Sequence record: MW735835.1
Strand: one strand, 5' to 3'
DNA length: 64,000 nucleotides
Positions within the stretch are counted from its first letter, which is position 1. Each line of letters starts with the position of its first letter. Of this stretch, positions 1 through 9,456 are shown piece after piece. The translations under genes were made by a program, and so were the position numbers. Below the pieces are notes generated by a model. It had not been told where the DNA came from. It searched no databases and was given only the letters and a program-made list of their open reading frames with translations.

Positions 1-2
1 GC

Positions 3-110
3 TATAAGGTCACCGACATGATCGGTGGCATGGGTGTCATTCCCGACAAAAAGAAAGAACGGCCAGTGATCAAGGCAATGAGCCTGGCCGAGTTGTTCAA
101 ACTCAAATAA
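3..110 (+). CDS. 3' end of an upstream gene (partial; ...YKVTDMIGGMGVIPDKKKERPVIKAMSLAELFKLK*)
   Basis: Open frame from the window edge to TAA at 108-110, phage-like codon usage. Confidence 0.6.
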   Translation, partial: YKVTDMIGGMGVIPDKKKERPVIKAMSLAELFKLK

Positions 111-122
111 CCTGGGGGCTGC

Positions 123-797
123 ATGCTTCGTTATCAACCGACACACAAGGGCTTCTTGCTCGCAATCGAAGGACCGGATGGGGCGGGCAAGTCTACCCTG
201 CGTACCTGGCTGAGCGACTGGTTCCAGTCCCACGGCATTACTGCGGTGATCACCCGTGAACCAGGCGGCACGCCTGAAGCCGAGATGATCCGTCAGGATA
301 TCCTGCGTAAGCGCGAACCCCATGAAGAACCTGTCTGTGCTTTGACCCAAGCGTTGAAGTTCATGGCTGCTCGTGCCCAGCACATCGACCGTGTGCTGAA
401 ACCTAACATCGTTGCGGGCGAGTTGGTCATCACTGACCGCTTCTGCGACAGCACCTTCGCGTACCAGAGCCAGGAGGGTGTGGACCTTGGCAAGCTGCGT
501 GCTATGCATGACGTGGCGTTTGACGGGTTCAAGCCAGACCTGACCATCTTGCTCGACGGGGACCCCAACATCTTCCGTGAGCGTATGGCAGGCCGTGGTG
601 AAGGCGCCTTGAACTTCTACGACCTCAAGCCCATGTCGTTCCATGAACAGTCTCGCCGGGTCTACAGCGAGTGTGCTTCGATGGATGCCAACCGTTACGC
701 GGTGATCGACGCGACCCAGAACTTCGAACAGGTTCAGGCACAGATCATCCCGTACCTGATGGACATCGACGCCTGGCTGCGTAAACGCCCAGCATAA
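123..797 (+). CDS. tmk: Thymidylate (dTMP) kinase
   Basis: P-loop IEGPDGAGKST, TREPGGT, and ITDRF..ST.AYQ motifs typical of Tmk. Confidence 0.95.
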   Translation: MLRYQPTHKGFLLAIEGPDGAGKSTLRTWLSDWFQSHGITAVITREPGGTPEAEMIRQDILRKREPHEEPVCALTQALKFMAARAQHIDRVLKPNIVAGELVITDRFCDSTFAYQSQEGVDLGKLRAMHDVAFDGFKPDLTILLDGDPNIFRERMAGRGEGALNFYDLKPMSFHEQSRRVYSECASMDANRYAVIDATQNFEQVQAQIIPYLMDIDAWLRKRPA

Positions 798-804
798 CCC
801 AGAA

Positions 805-833
805 GAGTGGAGGGATGACCCCTCCACTCCTTT
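805..833 (+). terminator. Hairpin terminator
   Basis: GAGTGGAGGG-atgac-CCCTCCACTC followed by CTTT. Confidence 0.7.
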
Positions 834-850
834 GCCCTTAGGAGGGTATT

Positions 851-1183
851 ATGTCCATCATCATGACCACCATTTTGGCCGGTGAAGAAGAGCCCATGCA
901 GCCTGTGGGTATCGATCCACACGGCACTCATCGGTTCCTCGAGAATCGCATCGTTCGTGACCTGCTGGACTTTGCATCTCCCCGTGGCTTCGACCTGAAC
1001 CACATTGCAGTCCGTGGTCATGAAGGCCACTACTCTGATTCCGAGCATCGTCAGATGGCGCAGCTGATCGGTTACAGCGTTTGCGGTTACGGCACGTTGT
1101 CGTATGTCAATGATGCTTCGTACGAGGAAGCCTGGCGGCGGAGCCAAGCCCTCGAATCGGAAGACGATCCGAAAGAAGAGTGA
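851..1183 (+). CDS. Hypothetical protein
   Basis: AGGAGG RBS, 110-aa ORF. Confidence 0.8.
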   Translation: MSIIMTTILAGEEEPMQPVGIDPHGTHRFLENRIVRDLLDFASPRGFDLNHIAVRGHEGHYSDSEHRQMAQLIGYSVCGYGTLSYVNDASYEEAWRRSQALESEDDPKEE

Positions 1184-1223
1184 TCCTACATTACACCAAT
1201 ACAGTCACCTAGGAGAGACAGGA

Positions 1224-1619
1224 ATGTCTAACACCCGCGCTGAAGAGTTGGCTCTCGCCGTATCCTCGATAGAGACCAACGTCAACACCATCGAAGCATT
1301 GGTCGGTCAAGCGTACGCCAATGCTGATTTCAACTTCGTTACTGATTTCCGTGATTCCCGTGGCGCCAGCCTGGCTGAGTCCGGCGCCATCATGGGGGTC
1401 CTTGTCCGCCGTATGCAGGAGAACCTCAACTCCCTGGCGAACGTGCTTTACATTCGTGAACTGGAATCCCAACGGGAAGCCGTACCATGGCGTGAAATGG
1501 CAAAGGAAAACCGTCGTGTGGAAGCCATCTCGATGCTGCGCAAGTTCGCCAGCAATATCAGTTTCAGTGTCGGAGACGCTCGTGATGTGGTAGATGCCTA
1601 CCTCAAACACGGTTTCTGA
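1224..1619 (+). CDS. Hypothetical protein (MSNTRAEEL...)
   Basis: GGAGA RBS; upstream CTACATTAC early-promoter-like motif. Confidence 0.8.
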   Translation: MSNTRAEELALAVSSIETNVNTIEALVGQAYANADFNFVTDFRDSRGASLAESGAIMGVLVRRMQENLNSLANVLYIRELESQREAVPWREMAKENRRVEAISMLRKFASNISFSVGDARDVVDAYLKHGF

Positions 1620-1707
1620 CCACCCGGAATAGGTAGAGCAGACCTAAGGCCATATACTGGTATAAACCGTTTTGGATGCTCAAACCAACATCAATCGGAG
1701 AAACACC

Positions 1708-2745
1708 ATGCATACCACTCAAACCACCCACCATCGTATCTTCGCTACCAATCTCGGCGGGTCTGTGCTCGACGATGTAATGGCGGGCATTGGCGCAGAC
1801 TTCACTGGTGACGCTGGGGTATTTGACCTCGTCATCGCTGAGGGGGACGACTTCTCGCTGGACACCGTCATCCGTGACATGTTCCCAGCACGTCTGCTTC
1901 CTGACACCGCAGAAACCCCGTGGCACGTCGATCTGGGTGTCCTGGCTGAAAAGCTGGGCGAACTCTGCGAGCAGGAGGGCTACAAGCCTCAGACTGGCAT
2001 GTTCACCCGCAAGTACTACGAGGACGGCGTCCAGGCTTCCTGTGACATCTCCTGCATCGAACTGATGGACCTGCTGATGGCTTTGGCGGGCAACCATTAT
2101 AAGATCGAAGGTATCTACACCCAGTGGGCGATGCACAGCGACAAAGCGCAGTTTGGTGCTCACGCTGGTGGTACCCGCATCACCACCCGCCACTTCTCGG
2201 TGCCGTGCTTCACTCCGCCGGATCGGGCAGAGACCGTGATCAAGACTCTGGCCAAGCACAAGCTGTGCGAAGTCGGCGACTACTTCGTCAACGAGTTCAT
2301 CAACCCGATCCTGGATTGTGTCCCGGAAGGTCCGATGCAGGGTGCAGTGGAGCGTGCTGCCATTCGTTTTATGGGTGGCTATCGTGCACCGGTGTCCGAA
2401 GGCTTCCTGGCCAGTGTGTCTGAGCCTGCGGATAAGTCCGACGTGGCAGGAAACGAGGTGCCGGTGTTCGGTGGGGTCCCGATGGAGAAAACCGGTAAAG
2501 ACTGGACCGTTCGTGATCTGGACTACTACCGTAACTGGAACTTCAGGCAGGTTGGCATCCTCTCTGGGATTTCGGTGACTGAGGAAGACGCCATCTTCTA
2601 CATCGACTGGTTCGGTCTGAAACTTTCCGACTACCTGCACAATCAGCTGAAACTGCCAGCAGACTACGTGGCTACCGTCAAGGACATCCGTTCTCGTCTG
2701 CTCGCTGGTGAAGAACTCACCATCCCGAATCGCGAAAACAAGTGA
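1708..2745 (+). CDS. Hypothetical protein
   Basis: GGAGA RBS before ATG 1708, long ORF with biased codons. Confidence 0.85.
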   Translation: MHTTQTTHHRIFATNLGGSVLDDVMAGIGADFTGDAGVFDLVIAEGDDFSLDTVIRDMFPARLLPDTAETPWHVDLGVLAEKLGELCEQEGYKPQTGMFTRKYYEDGVQASCDISCIELMDLLMALAGNHYKIEGIYTQWAMHSDKAQFGAHAGGTRITTRHFSVPCFTPPDRAETVIKTLAKHKLCEVGDYFVNEFINPILDCVPEGPMQGAVERAAIRFMGGYRAPVSEGFLASVSEPADKSDVAGNEVPVFGGVPMEKTGKDWTVRDLDYYRNWNFRQVGILSGISVTEEDAIFYIDWFGLKLSDYLHNQLKLPADYVATVKDIRSRLLAGEELTIPNRENK

Positions 2746-2752
2746 CAAAATA

Positions 2753-2778
2753 GATAGAGGGACTTCGGTCCCTCTATC
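2753..2778 (+). terminator. Hairpin terminator (cUUCGg loop)
   Basis: GATAGAGGGAC-TTCG-GTCCCTCTATC perfect 11-bp stem. Confidence 0.75.
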
Positions 2779-2808
2779 ATTCACCAATCTTTATCAGGAA
2801 TCATCATC

Positions 2809-3489
2809 GTGGCAGAAGCAGTTACCGAAATCGAATACGACACCCTTGAGCAGGAGTCCTCCGTACTGGAAATGTTCATGGCGATCAAGAACCCCAACGC
2901 CAAGAAAGTCAAGAAGCTCGCTGCCCGGCTTTATAACGAACTCCCGCTCGAGATCCAGAAGCGTCTGTGCCGTGACATCTACCGCGCACATGACCCGGTC
3001 CTCTACATGACCACCTGCTACAACAAGATCCACGATTGCGCCATCCTCGTGAAACAGTTCATCGAAGACGGCTGCCACGGGATGATCTTTACCGGCAAGA
3101 ACGGTACGGACACCTACCCGATCAAGTTGGACACCCGCACCAACTGGCTGAACGAAGGCAAACGCTGGGACCCCGAGCAGGAAATGATCATCCAGCATGA
3201 AGCCGTGAATTCATGGATGCGTGATCACGACAAGGGTTACTTCTTCGGCAAGGTCGTACTCTTCCCCACCTTCGGTTTCTCCGGTGAGCCTCGCATCATC
3301 GAGATGGCCTGCGGCGACACCGAGGGCATGGTCAAGTACCCGGGCACTGACTTCTACGTGAAGGCTGGTGCTGAACTCGATGTGCAGGCAGTAGCTAGGG
3401 CTCAGATCGACATGGATCGCCGTCGCAATGAAAAGTCCAAGCTACTCGACCACCAACTGAAGCAGGAGTTTGCCAAGCTTGCGAAATAA
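2809..3489 (+). CDS. Hypothetical protein
   Basis: GTG start with AGGA RBS, 226 aa. Confidence 0.8.
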   Translation: MAEAVTEIEYDTLEQESSVLEMFMAIKNPNAKKVKKLAARLYNELPLEIQKRLCRDIYRAHDPVLYMTTCYNKIHDCAILVKQFIEDGCHGMIFTGKNGTDTYPIKLDTRTNWLNEGKRWDPEQEMIIQHEAVNSWMRDHDKGYFFGKVVLFPTFGFSGEPRIIEMACGDTEGMVKYPGTDFYVKAGAELDVQAVARAQIDMDRRRNEKSKLLDHQLKQEFAKLAK

Positions 3490-3500
3490 CGAGGTGTAAG

Positions 3501-4181
3501 ATGAGCAGACCTGTCATTGATCTCATCGGGCAGCGTTTCAACATGTGGACGGTTAAAGATCTCCATAAGAACCGCTCTAAAGATGGGGGTTCTCGATGGG
3601 TCTGTGAGTGTGATTGTGGGGCGACCGGGGTGGTCTCTCGGCGCAACCTGGTTACAGGAAAATCCAAGTGTTGCGGCTGTTATGTCAGTGCGGAAGGGCT
3701 AGCCAATATCAGTCAGGCTAATTTCGTGCACGGCATGCGGACATCTCCAGAATACACCGCTTGGGCGGCGATGGTGCAACAATGCACTAATCCAAAGCAC
3801 ATCGACTTTTGGAGATACGGCGGGTCTGGAATCGGGATCGTCCCAGAATGGGAGGCGGACTTCGAGAACTTTCTTACCGACATGGGCCTACGACCCTCAC
3901 CGTTGCATCGGCTCGAACGTATCGACGATACGCAGGGGTTCTCCAAGGATAACTGTCAATGGTCCATGACAGCCCACAAGAAAAGAAAGATCGATTATAC
4001 TGGAACCCACACAATCCATGGCGAAGACCTCACCCTCCTTGAGATCGCTGAAAAATACAAGGTGCATTATTTTCGATTGCGGTACCGAGTCGCTAAGAAG
4101 GGACAGGCTGCTATCGATGCACTCAATGAATTACTGGAGCTAAAGAAAACATATGTCGCAGAAACTCTACATCGAGAATAA
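3501..4181 (+). CDS. Free-standing HNH homing-type endonuclease
   Basis: DLIGQRF..W.V, WVCECDCG, KSKCCGC, HGM..SPEY.AW.AM..C, YGG.GI, HRLERIDDTQGFSKDNCQW: typical phage HNH family; more AT-rich than its neighbours. Confidence 0.85.
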   Translation: MSRPVIDLIGQRFNMWTVKDLHKNRSKDGGSRWVCECDCGATGVVSRRNLVTGKSKCCGCYVSAEGLANISQANFVHGMRTSPEYTAWAAMVQQCTNPKHIDFWRYGGSGIGIVPEWEADFENFLTDMGLRPSPLHRLERIDDTQGFSKDNCQWSMTAHKKRKIDYTGTHTIHGEDLTLLEIAEKYKVHYFRLRYRVAKKGQAAIDALNELLELKKTYVAETLHRE

Positions 4182-4758
4182 CCAGGAAGTCCGTGATCTG
4201 ATCACCAAGTACGGCTTTGCGCAGAATGCACACGGTCGTTACTTCCTGGATGAACCGTTCCTGGATCATGCAGTCGTGGATGAAGAGTGCCCCGAGGGTT
4301 TCCGTCCGGTGGCATTGCATATCGTACCGTACACCATCGTTGAGGGTGAGATCATCTACTACGCTTTCAACAGCATGGGCTTGCCGACTATCTACGTCAG
4401 CTTCAGCATCACCCCGGACGACTTCGTCAACCACAAGGCCGGGGATGAACTGATGTCGCCTTGCCAGTCGATTGTGGGTAAGGTCATCCAAACCTTCGAT
4501 GCGCCACACATCGACCTGAAGGTGGACATCGACAAGTTCAAGTTCCCGGCAGTGGTCGATGGTGAGTTCGTGTGGTCGATGGAAGTCCAATCTGCTGACC
4601 ATCACACTGTGGATGAGCTGGTCGCTCAGTTGGGTTCCATCCTGGGGCGCGTCACCAAAGAGCAAATCATCAATGGTGACGTGGAAGTCAACAAATTGTC
4701 CAAGGACGTGGTCGCTTACAAGGCGCCTGACGTCGCTCCGGACATCACGGTGGGCTGA
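4153..4758 (+). CDS. Hypothetical protein
   Basis: 201-aa ORF overlapping the HNH 3' end by 29 nt. Confidence 0.8.
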   Translation: MSQKLYIENNQEVRDLITKYGFAQNAHGRYFLDEPFLDHAVVDEECPEGFRPVALHIVPYTIVEGEIIYYAFNSMGLPTIYVSFSITPDDFVNHKAGDELMSPCQSIVGKVIQTFDAPHIDLKVDIDKFKFPAVVDGEFVWSMEVQSADHHTVDELVAQLGSILGRVTKEQIINGDVEVNKLSKDVVAYKAPDVAPDITVG

Positions 4759-4759
4759 C

Positions 4760-4987
4760 ATGATCTTCCTCAAGGTTACCGTCATCGCACTGATCGCGAT
4801 GCTTGTCCTGGCCTGGTTGGTTTATCGAGTCAGGCCGCGTTACACCAACTGGATCGACCACGACTGTGAGCGAGCCATGAGTTTCCTGATGTACCTGCGC
4901 ACGACTTGGAAGGAACGCCTGTTCGCCTTGGTCTGCCTGTGGATCATCGTCTACTACAGCCTCATCAATAACCCCTGGAGTTCGTAA
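4760..4987 (+). CDS. Small two-TM membrane protein
   Basis: Two hydrophobic segments (VTVIALIAMLVLAWLVY; LFALVCLWIIVYYSLI). Confidence 0.7.
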   Translation: MIFLKVTVIALIAMLVLAWLVYRVRPRYTNWIDHDCERAMSFLMYLRTTWKERLFALVCLWIIVYYSLINNPWSS

Positions 4988-4988
4988 C

Positions 4989-5354
4989 ATGGGAGCCAAG
5001 GCGGCTATCCTGATTCACCTCTTTTCTATGGCGATGTTCATCACCTTGCTGGTGGCGTACATCATCCATGGGCTGATCTACCCACGGGTATCTGGAACGA
5101 TCCCGCTGGGCCCTCACACGGTCGACTACAAGGTCGGTCGAGTGCCGTTCTTCTCAGCACGCAAGTTCTTCGTCAAGTTGTACTACCGTTGGCAGTATGT
5201 CCCTGACTTGAACGGCTTCCTGCAAAGCAGTGCGGGTCGTGACTTGAAGTGCGAAGATAAGTCCTATTGGACACATCTCTTGGACTGCGGTCTTCTGTAT
5301 CCGGCATTGTATGTTTATGTCTATGCCGGATTAGACTGGCTGCTGTTCGGATGA
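4989..5354 (+). CDS. Membrane protein
   Basis: N- and C-terminal hydrophobic segments. Confidence 0.7.
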   Translation: MGAKAAILIHLFSMAMFITLLVAYIIHGLIYPRVSGTIPLGPHTVDYKVGRVPFFSARKFFVKLYYRWQYVPDLNGFLQSSAGRDLKCEDKSYWTHLLDCGLLYPALYVYVYAGLDWLLFG

Positions 5355-5403
5355 TAATAAGGTCGGGATAACACCCGACCCTTTATTTTTGAGGGGTCCT
5401 GTC

Positions 5404-5580
5404 GTGGAAGTGTCACTCAAAGCAATCCTGTTCTTCGCAACGCTGTTCCTCATCATCTCCTTCTGTACGTTGGAGGTGAAAAGAAAAGAGTGGGTCGACA
5501 TGATCCGCATCATGCAGTGTGTCTTCTTCGGGGCCATCATCTGCATGTCCTTGACCGGGCTAGACATAGCCGGTTTTTAA
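5404..5580 (+). CDS. Small two-TM membrane protein
   Basis: GAGGGG RBS, two hydrophobic helices. Confidence 0.55.
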   Translation: MEVSLKAILFFATLFLIISFCTLEVKRKEWVDMIRIMQCVFFGAIICMSLTGLDIAGF

Positions 5581-5657
5581 GTACCTTGTGTGCATCATCT
5601 ATGACAAACACTCGGGCTGAGGACACATCCTCAGCCCACTATTCCGAGGTACCGGTA

Positions 5658-6065
5658 ATGAATGCTTTTGGTATCAAGCAAGCCACTCTTCCTAAAGCTC
5701 CTGTCACCTGTGGCCGGATCATCGTCACGATGCCCACTCTGGAGCACGTGAAGGCTCTCCAGTTTCTGCTGAAGGACAATGGCATCAGTCAGGAAGAGCC
5801 CATCCGTTACGAGGATTTCATCGCCAAGCCGAGTGATTACCCGGACAAGACCCGGTTGATCTGGCTGTTCCTCGAGAACCCGATGCAAATCTACTCAGTG
5901 ATGGACCCGTTGACCATGTTCATGTGCGACGAGATCTTCGCTCTGGTTGGCAGGGCGGTCATTGTAACGCGCGACCAGTCTGGCAAACGCTGGGGCGTCA
6001 ATGATGGTCCGTCGACGGAACACCTCGGTCAGTTCTGGGATGCGTTCGCTTACGTGAACCGTTAA
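5658..6065 (+). CDS. Hypothetical protein (MNAFGIKQ...)
   Basis: GAGG RBS before ATG 5658. Confidence 0.75.
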   Translation: MNAFGIKQATLPKAPVTCGRIIVTMPTLEHVKALQFLLKDNGISQEEPIRYEDFIAKPSDYPDKTRLIWLFLENPMQIYSVMDPLTMFMCDEIFALVGRAVIVTRDQSGKRWGVNDGPSTEHLGQFWDAFAYVNR

Positions 6066-6114
6066 TAAAACCATCTGTCTGATCATCTATAGACAATAAT
6101 AGCAAGGGGCCACC

Positions 6115-6840
6115 ATGTACAAACGTAAAGACACGATCGCCTTGGAGGCGGTGTTGTTGGAGAAGGGCTTGGATCTAAACACCGAGCTGGAGATCCTGGA
6201 TGCCTGCAAACCTACGGCGAAAGATCTGTACGCTTCCCTGGCTTGTGCTCGCCGCCTGTTAGGCTATGGCATTGCTGTGCCGAACGTAACCATCGAACCC
6301 CGCAACACTTTGGTCGTGATGCAAGATATCGCGCTCAAGGGCGCTGACGGGGTCCACCTGGTCGTACGGACACAGTTCGATGAGAACCTGCACCTAGACC
6401 GCTGTGACGTCATTATCAAAGGCGTTGTGCTCAAGGATCAAGGCCCTCGGGGCGGTGAACACACCGGCTACCTGTACTCCAAAGTGGAGATCACGACACT
6501 GGTTACGGTAACGCAGCTACTCGCTACGTTCGTCACTGACCTGTTCAAGCTGGTCTTCAACAGTGAATACGAAGAGGACCTGGTCCACATGGTCCTTCTC
6601 GAGGGTGTCGAGCTGAAGCGCGATCTGCCGATCCACTTCGCCAATCACTACCATGATGTCATCCTCAAGGACCACCCGTCCGTTGATGATCCGATTGGGG
6701 GTTACCCCGACCTGATCAAAGTGGCAGCGCTGTTGTTCCATCGCAACTGTCCAGACCAGGACAGCGTGATGTTCGTTCTCGAAAAGGGCGAAGAAGACGG
6801 CCATGCGGTCCTTGCCGTTCAGGTAGAGGAAGAGGCTTAA
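6115..6840 (+). CDS. Hypothetical protein
   Basis: 241-aa ORF with AAGGGG RBS. Confidence 0.8.
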   Translation: MYKRKDTIALEAVLLEKGLDLNTELEILDACKPTAKDLYASLACARRLLGYGIAVPNVTIEPRNTLVVMQDIALKGADGVHLVVRTQFDENLHLDRCDVIIKGVVLKDQGPRGGEHTGYLYSKVEITTLVTVTQLLATFVTDLFKLVFNSEYEEDLVHMVLLEGVELKRDLPIHFANHYHDVILKDHPSVDDPIGGYPDLIKVAALLFHRNCPDQDSVMFVLEKGEEDGHAVLAVQVEEEA

Positions 6841-6899
6841 CGGCCTTGACCCAGGGGAGGATGATCTTATGACACAATCCAATAAAGTAACTTCGGGTA

Positions 6900-7391
6900 T
6901 TGTCTATGGATCGAACTCCCCTGGCGCTTTGGGCTAAGCACCTCATAAGGGCCGCCATTGACTACTTCAATGAACGCTCGACCAAAGCCTGTCTTATCGT
7001 TGACAACACCATTCTCAAGGATGGGGTCCTGGCCGCAATGGCTCAGGAGAACAACAGCAGTGACTTCATTGTCTGTGTCGCACCGGGTTTCACCACCCAG
7101 TTAGATTTCGGAGACGCTGATCTGACCATCAGTGTGAAGTTCCACGATGCTGCCCATTCAATGGTCATCCCGTACCACGCGATTCGTGCAGTGATTGCTG
7201 CCGACAGCGGTGGTGTGCTGACCGAGAACGGCCACATTAACATCATCAGCGTCCCGCCGGTTGTGTACCCGCCTGCGTCCCGCTACCGTAATGAAGAAGA
7301 ACTGGACAAGATTGCTCAGCAAGTGGTAGAGGAAGAAGTCCATGCCCAGCCCACGCAGTCTGAGCTTCAGCTAGTTGTACGGAGATCATGA
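6900..7391 (+). CDS. Divergent SspB-like (ClpXP adaptor fold) protein
   Basis: HLIRAAIDYF..ACLIVD and IVCVAPGFTTQLDFGDADLTISVKFHDAAHSMVIPYHAIRAV align by eye with the SspB core; C-terminal ELQLVVRRS resembles a degenerate ClpX-binding tail. Confidence 0.6.
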   Translation: MSMDRTPLALWAKHLIRAAIDYFNERSTKACLIVDNTILKDGVLAAMAQENNSSDFIVCVAPGFTTQLDFGDADLTISVKFHDAAHSMVIPYHAIRAVIAADSGGVLTENGHINIISVPPVVYPPASRYRNEEELDKIAQQVVEEEVHAQPTQSELQLVVRRS

Positions 7392-7398
7392 GGAAACA

Positions 7399-7710
7399 AT
7401 GGTCGCACAAGTCTGGAATGACACCTTCGGGAAACTTGAGTCCTTTACTCAGGAACTGGAGAGAGTCAAGTCTTACGTAGCCCTGTCCGAACTCAAGCCG
7501 CTGTGGCGGATCATGAAGTCGATTCAGTTGCGCTACCTTCCTGTGCTGGACGAGGATCTTTCTCGTCGGCTTGAGAAGATGATTGAGAAGCTGGAGATTC
7601 AGGACGTGACGCCCACGGCCTACTCCGAAGATGCTGCTCGCACCATGTTAGGTAACCTCGGGTACTCGTGCTCCATCGACCCAGATTCCTTCGATGAGGA
7701 AGATCGTTAA
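7399..7710 (+). CDS. Hypothetical protein
   Basis: GAGGA RBS before ATG 7399. Confidence 0.75.
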   Translation: MVAQVWNDTFGKLESFTQELERVKSYVALSELKPLWRIMKSIQLRYLPVLDEDLSRRLEKMIEKLEIQDVTPTAYSEDAARTMLGNLGYSCSIDPDSFDEEDR

Positions 7711-7756
7711 GTCCTTGTCGTCCCACCCAAGCCAACACCAGTAGTAAGGGAACACC

Positions 7757-8410
7757 ATGAAGAAAGAGAACATTCCCAATCCGCGTACTTTCCTCGGTCA
7801 CCCGATCGTGTTCGTCGACTCGTACGAGCAAGTCGGCCGGATCGTTGCCACCCAGGGTCACATTGGCGAGTTCTTCGTTATCGGAGACAACGTCAAGAAG
7901 CCTGGCGCGGCTGTCGAAGCGATTTTCAAAGATCACTTCGTCAAGCAATTCCGCATTCGTTCTTCTGGTTCATGGAATTCCCTGTTCCGAGCCATGGCTG
8001 ACGTCGACACTGCACGTGAGGATGGTACTCACTACAGTGAGGCTCGCGACCTGATGTTCGTCTCGTTGCATTCGCCCCACGACATCAGCTCGGCACTGAA
8101 CCGTCATCGCGCACTGAACAACATCACGTGCCGCGAGATGTACTGGCTCGACACCATCCACCTCGGTGAAGAAGCCGACGACCTGGTTGACATGGCCCTC
8201 AAGACCATGCCCTCGGTCATCACCCCGGTCCGTTACTCTGACCTGACCATTGCTCAGCGTTTCGACCTGACCGCCTTCGAGTTCGCTCGTTTCATGCGAC
8301 CGATCCATTGTGTGGATTCGGTGGACAACAGTTACAAGGGTGCTCCGTTCTACCCCGACCTCGTGATCAGTGGCCAGTTCAAGCTGCCTAACCGCATCAC
8401 ACCTGACTAA
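7757..8410 (+). CDS. Hypothetical protein
   Basis: AAGGGA RBS, 217 aa. Confidence 0.8.
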   Translation: MKKENIPNPRTFLGHPIVFVDSYEQVGRIVATQGHIGEFFVIGDNVKKPGAAVEAIFKDHFVKQFRIRSSGSWNSLFRAMADVDTAREDGTHYSEARDLMFVSLHSPHDISSALNRHRALNNITCREMYWLDTIHLGEEADDLVDMALKTMPSVITPVRYSDLTIAQRFDLTAFEFARFMRPIHCVDSVDNSYKGAPFYPDLVISGQFKLPNRITPD

Positions 8411-8457
8411 TGCGAGGGGCTTCGGCCCCTCCTTCCTTTTCTTTTGAGAACACTGTT

Positions 8458-8736
8458 ATGATGACGCACTACCAACACCAGGATGATCACATCGTCATTG
8501 GTTCTGTCGCCGGTGACGAGGAAGCTCTGGCCAGCCTACTGAACAAGTTCAGTGACGCCGGTATCCAGCCCACGTTGATCAACCTGATCCATGAGGATGA
8601 TCTGCACCTGATGATGGTGCACCACAAGGGCTTCGACGAAGCCACCTTGGCCGACCCGCAGAAAGCTCTGGCCAAGGTGAAAGAGATCCTCAATCCTTTC
8701 GCTGACGGCTTCACGGTCGCCCCTGAACAGCCGTAA
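8458..8736 (+). CDS. Hypothetical protein
   Basis: Follows the GAGGGGC-TTCG-GCCCCTC terminator; biased codons. Confidence 0.7.
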   Translation: MMTHYQHQDDHIVIGSVAGDEEALASLLNKFSDAGIQPTLINLIHEDDLHLMMVHHKGFDEATLADPQKALAKVKEILNPFADGFTVAPEQP

Positions 8737-8819
8737 GGAGCCATTATGTCATTCCACGAGGGTCACTACACACGCTAGCCTCCATCATGTCGATGGAGGC
8801 GCGAAAGTGAGTGACCAAG

Positions 8820-9074
8820 ATGTCTTACGACAAAGTATCCAAGCGCCTCAAGCGCCATCAGGATGCAGTGGCTGTGAATCAGCAACTGGCTATCTGCAAG
8901 TTTCACGAAGCGGTCGTGACGGAACCTTCTGGAGTCTTCCGTAAACGACATGCGCTGAACTGCGGACGGTCCAAATGCTTTCTTTGCTCCAATCCGCGGC
9001 GGCGGTTTAAAGCCATTACCTTGCCTGAACGTAGGGTAAACGAGGCGATGAAGTACGAACTGTTGTTCATCTAA
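8820..9074 (+). CDS. Conserved small basic phage protein with CxxxxCxxC (NCGRSKCFLCSNPRR)
   Basis: R..ALNCG..KC.LC.NPRR motif recalled from a widespread myophage small-protein family. Confidence 0.7.
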   Translation: MSYDKVSKRLKRHQDAVAVNQQLAICKFHEAVVTEPSGVFRKRHALNCGRSKCFLCSNPRRRFKAITLPERRVNEAMKYELLFI

Positions 9075-9075
9075 A

Positions 9076-9108
9076 CATAGAGGGAGGCTTCGGCCTCCCT
9101 CTATGCCG
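9076..9108 (+). terminator. CATA-hairpin-TATGCCG element
   Basis: CATAGAGGGAGGC-TTCG-GCCTCCCTCTATG-CCG. Confidence 0.7.
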
Positions 9109-9168
9109 TGACACAAGTGTTTTTGAACAAACCTGACCTATTCGATAGGTAACCAAGAGGATGCCGTC

Positions 9169-9456
9169 ATGGATTATTTTCACGTCTTTCGACAAGAAGG
9201 TCCGGTGTGCGTCTGCTTGACTCAATCACCGAACCACATCTATCAATGGGATAAATCTCGCGACTATGTGGCCAGTCATGTCATTGAGTTGCATGGTAAA
9301 TGTTATCACTTGTTCATCTCGGGTGCTGAGAACATGACCATGCTTCGACAAGACAAGCACGCGGCGACTCGATTCGCTCGAGATTTCATCTGCAAAGGCA
9401 ACGATGAATTTCTGGATATTGCTCGTATCCTGTTTAACCATCCGAGGAAGTTTTAA
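9169..9456 (+). CDS. Hypothetical protein
   Basis: GAGGA RBS, 95 aa. Confidence 0.7.
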   Translation: MDYFHVFRQEGPVCVCLTQSPNHIYQWDKSRDYVASHVIELHGKCYHLFISGAENMTMLRQDKHAATRFARDFICKGNDEFLDIARILFNHPRKF

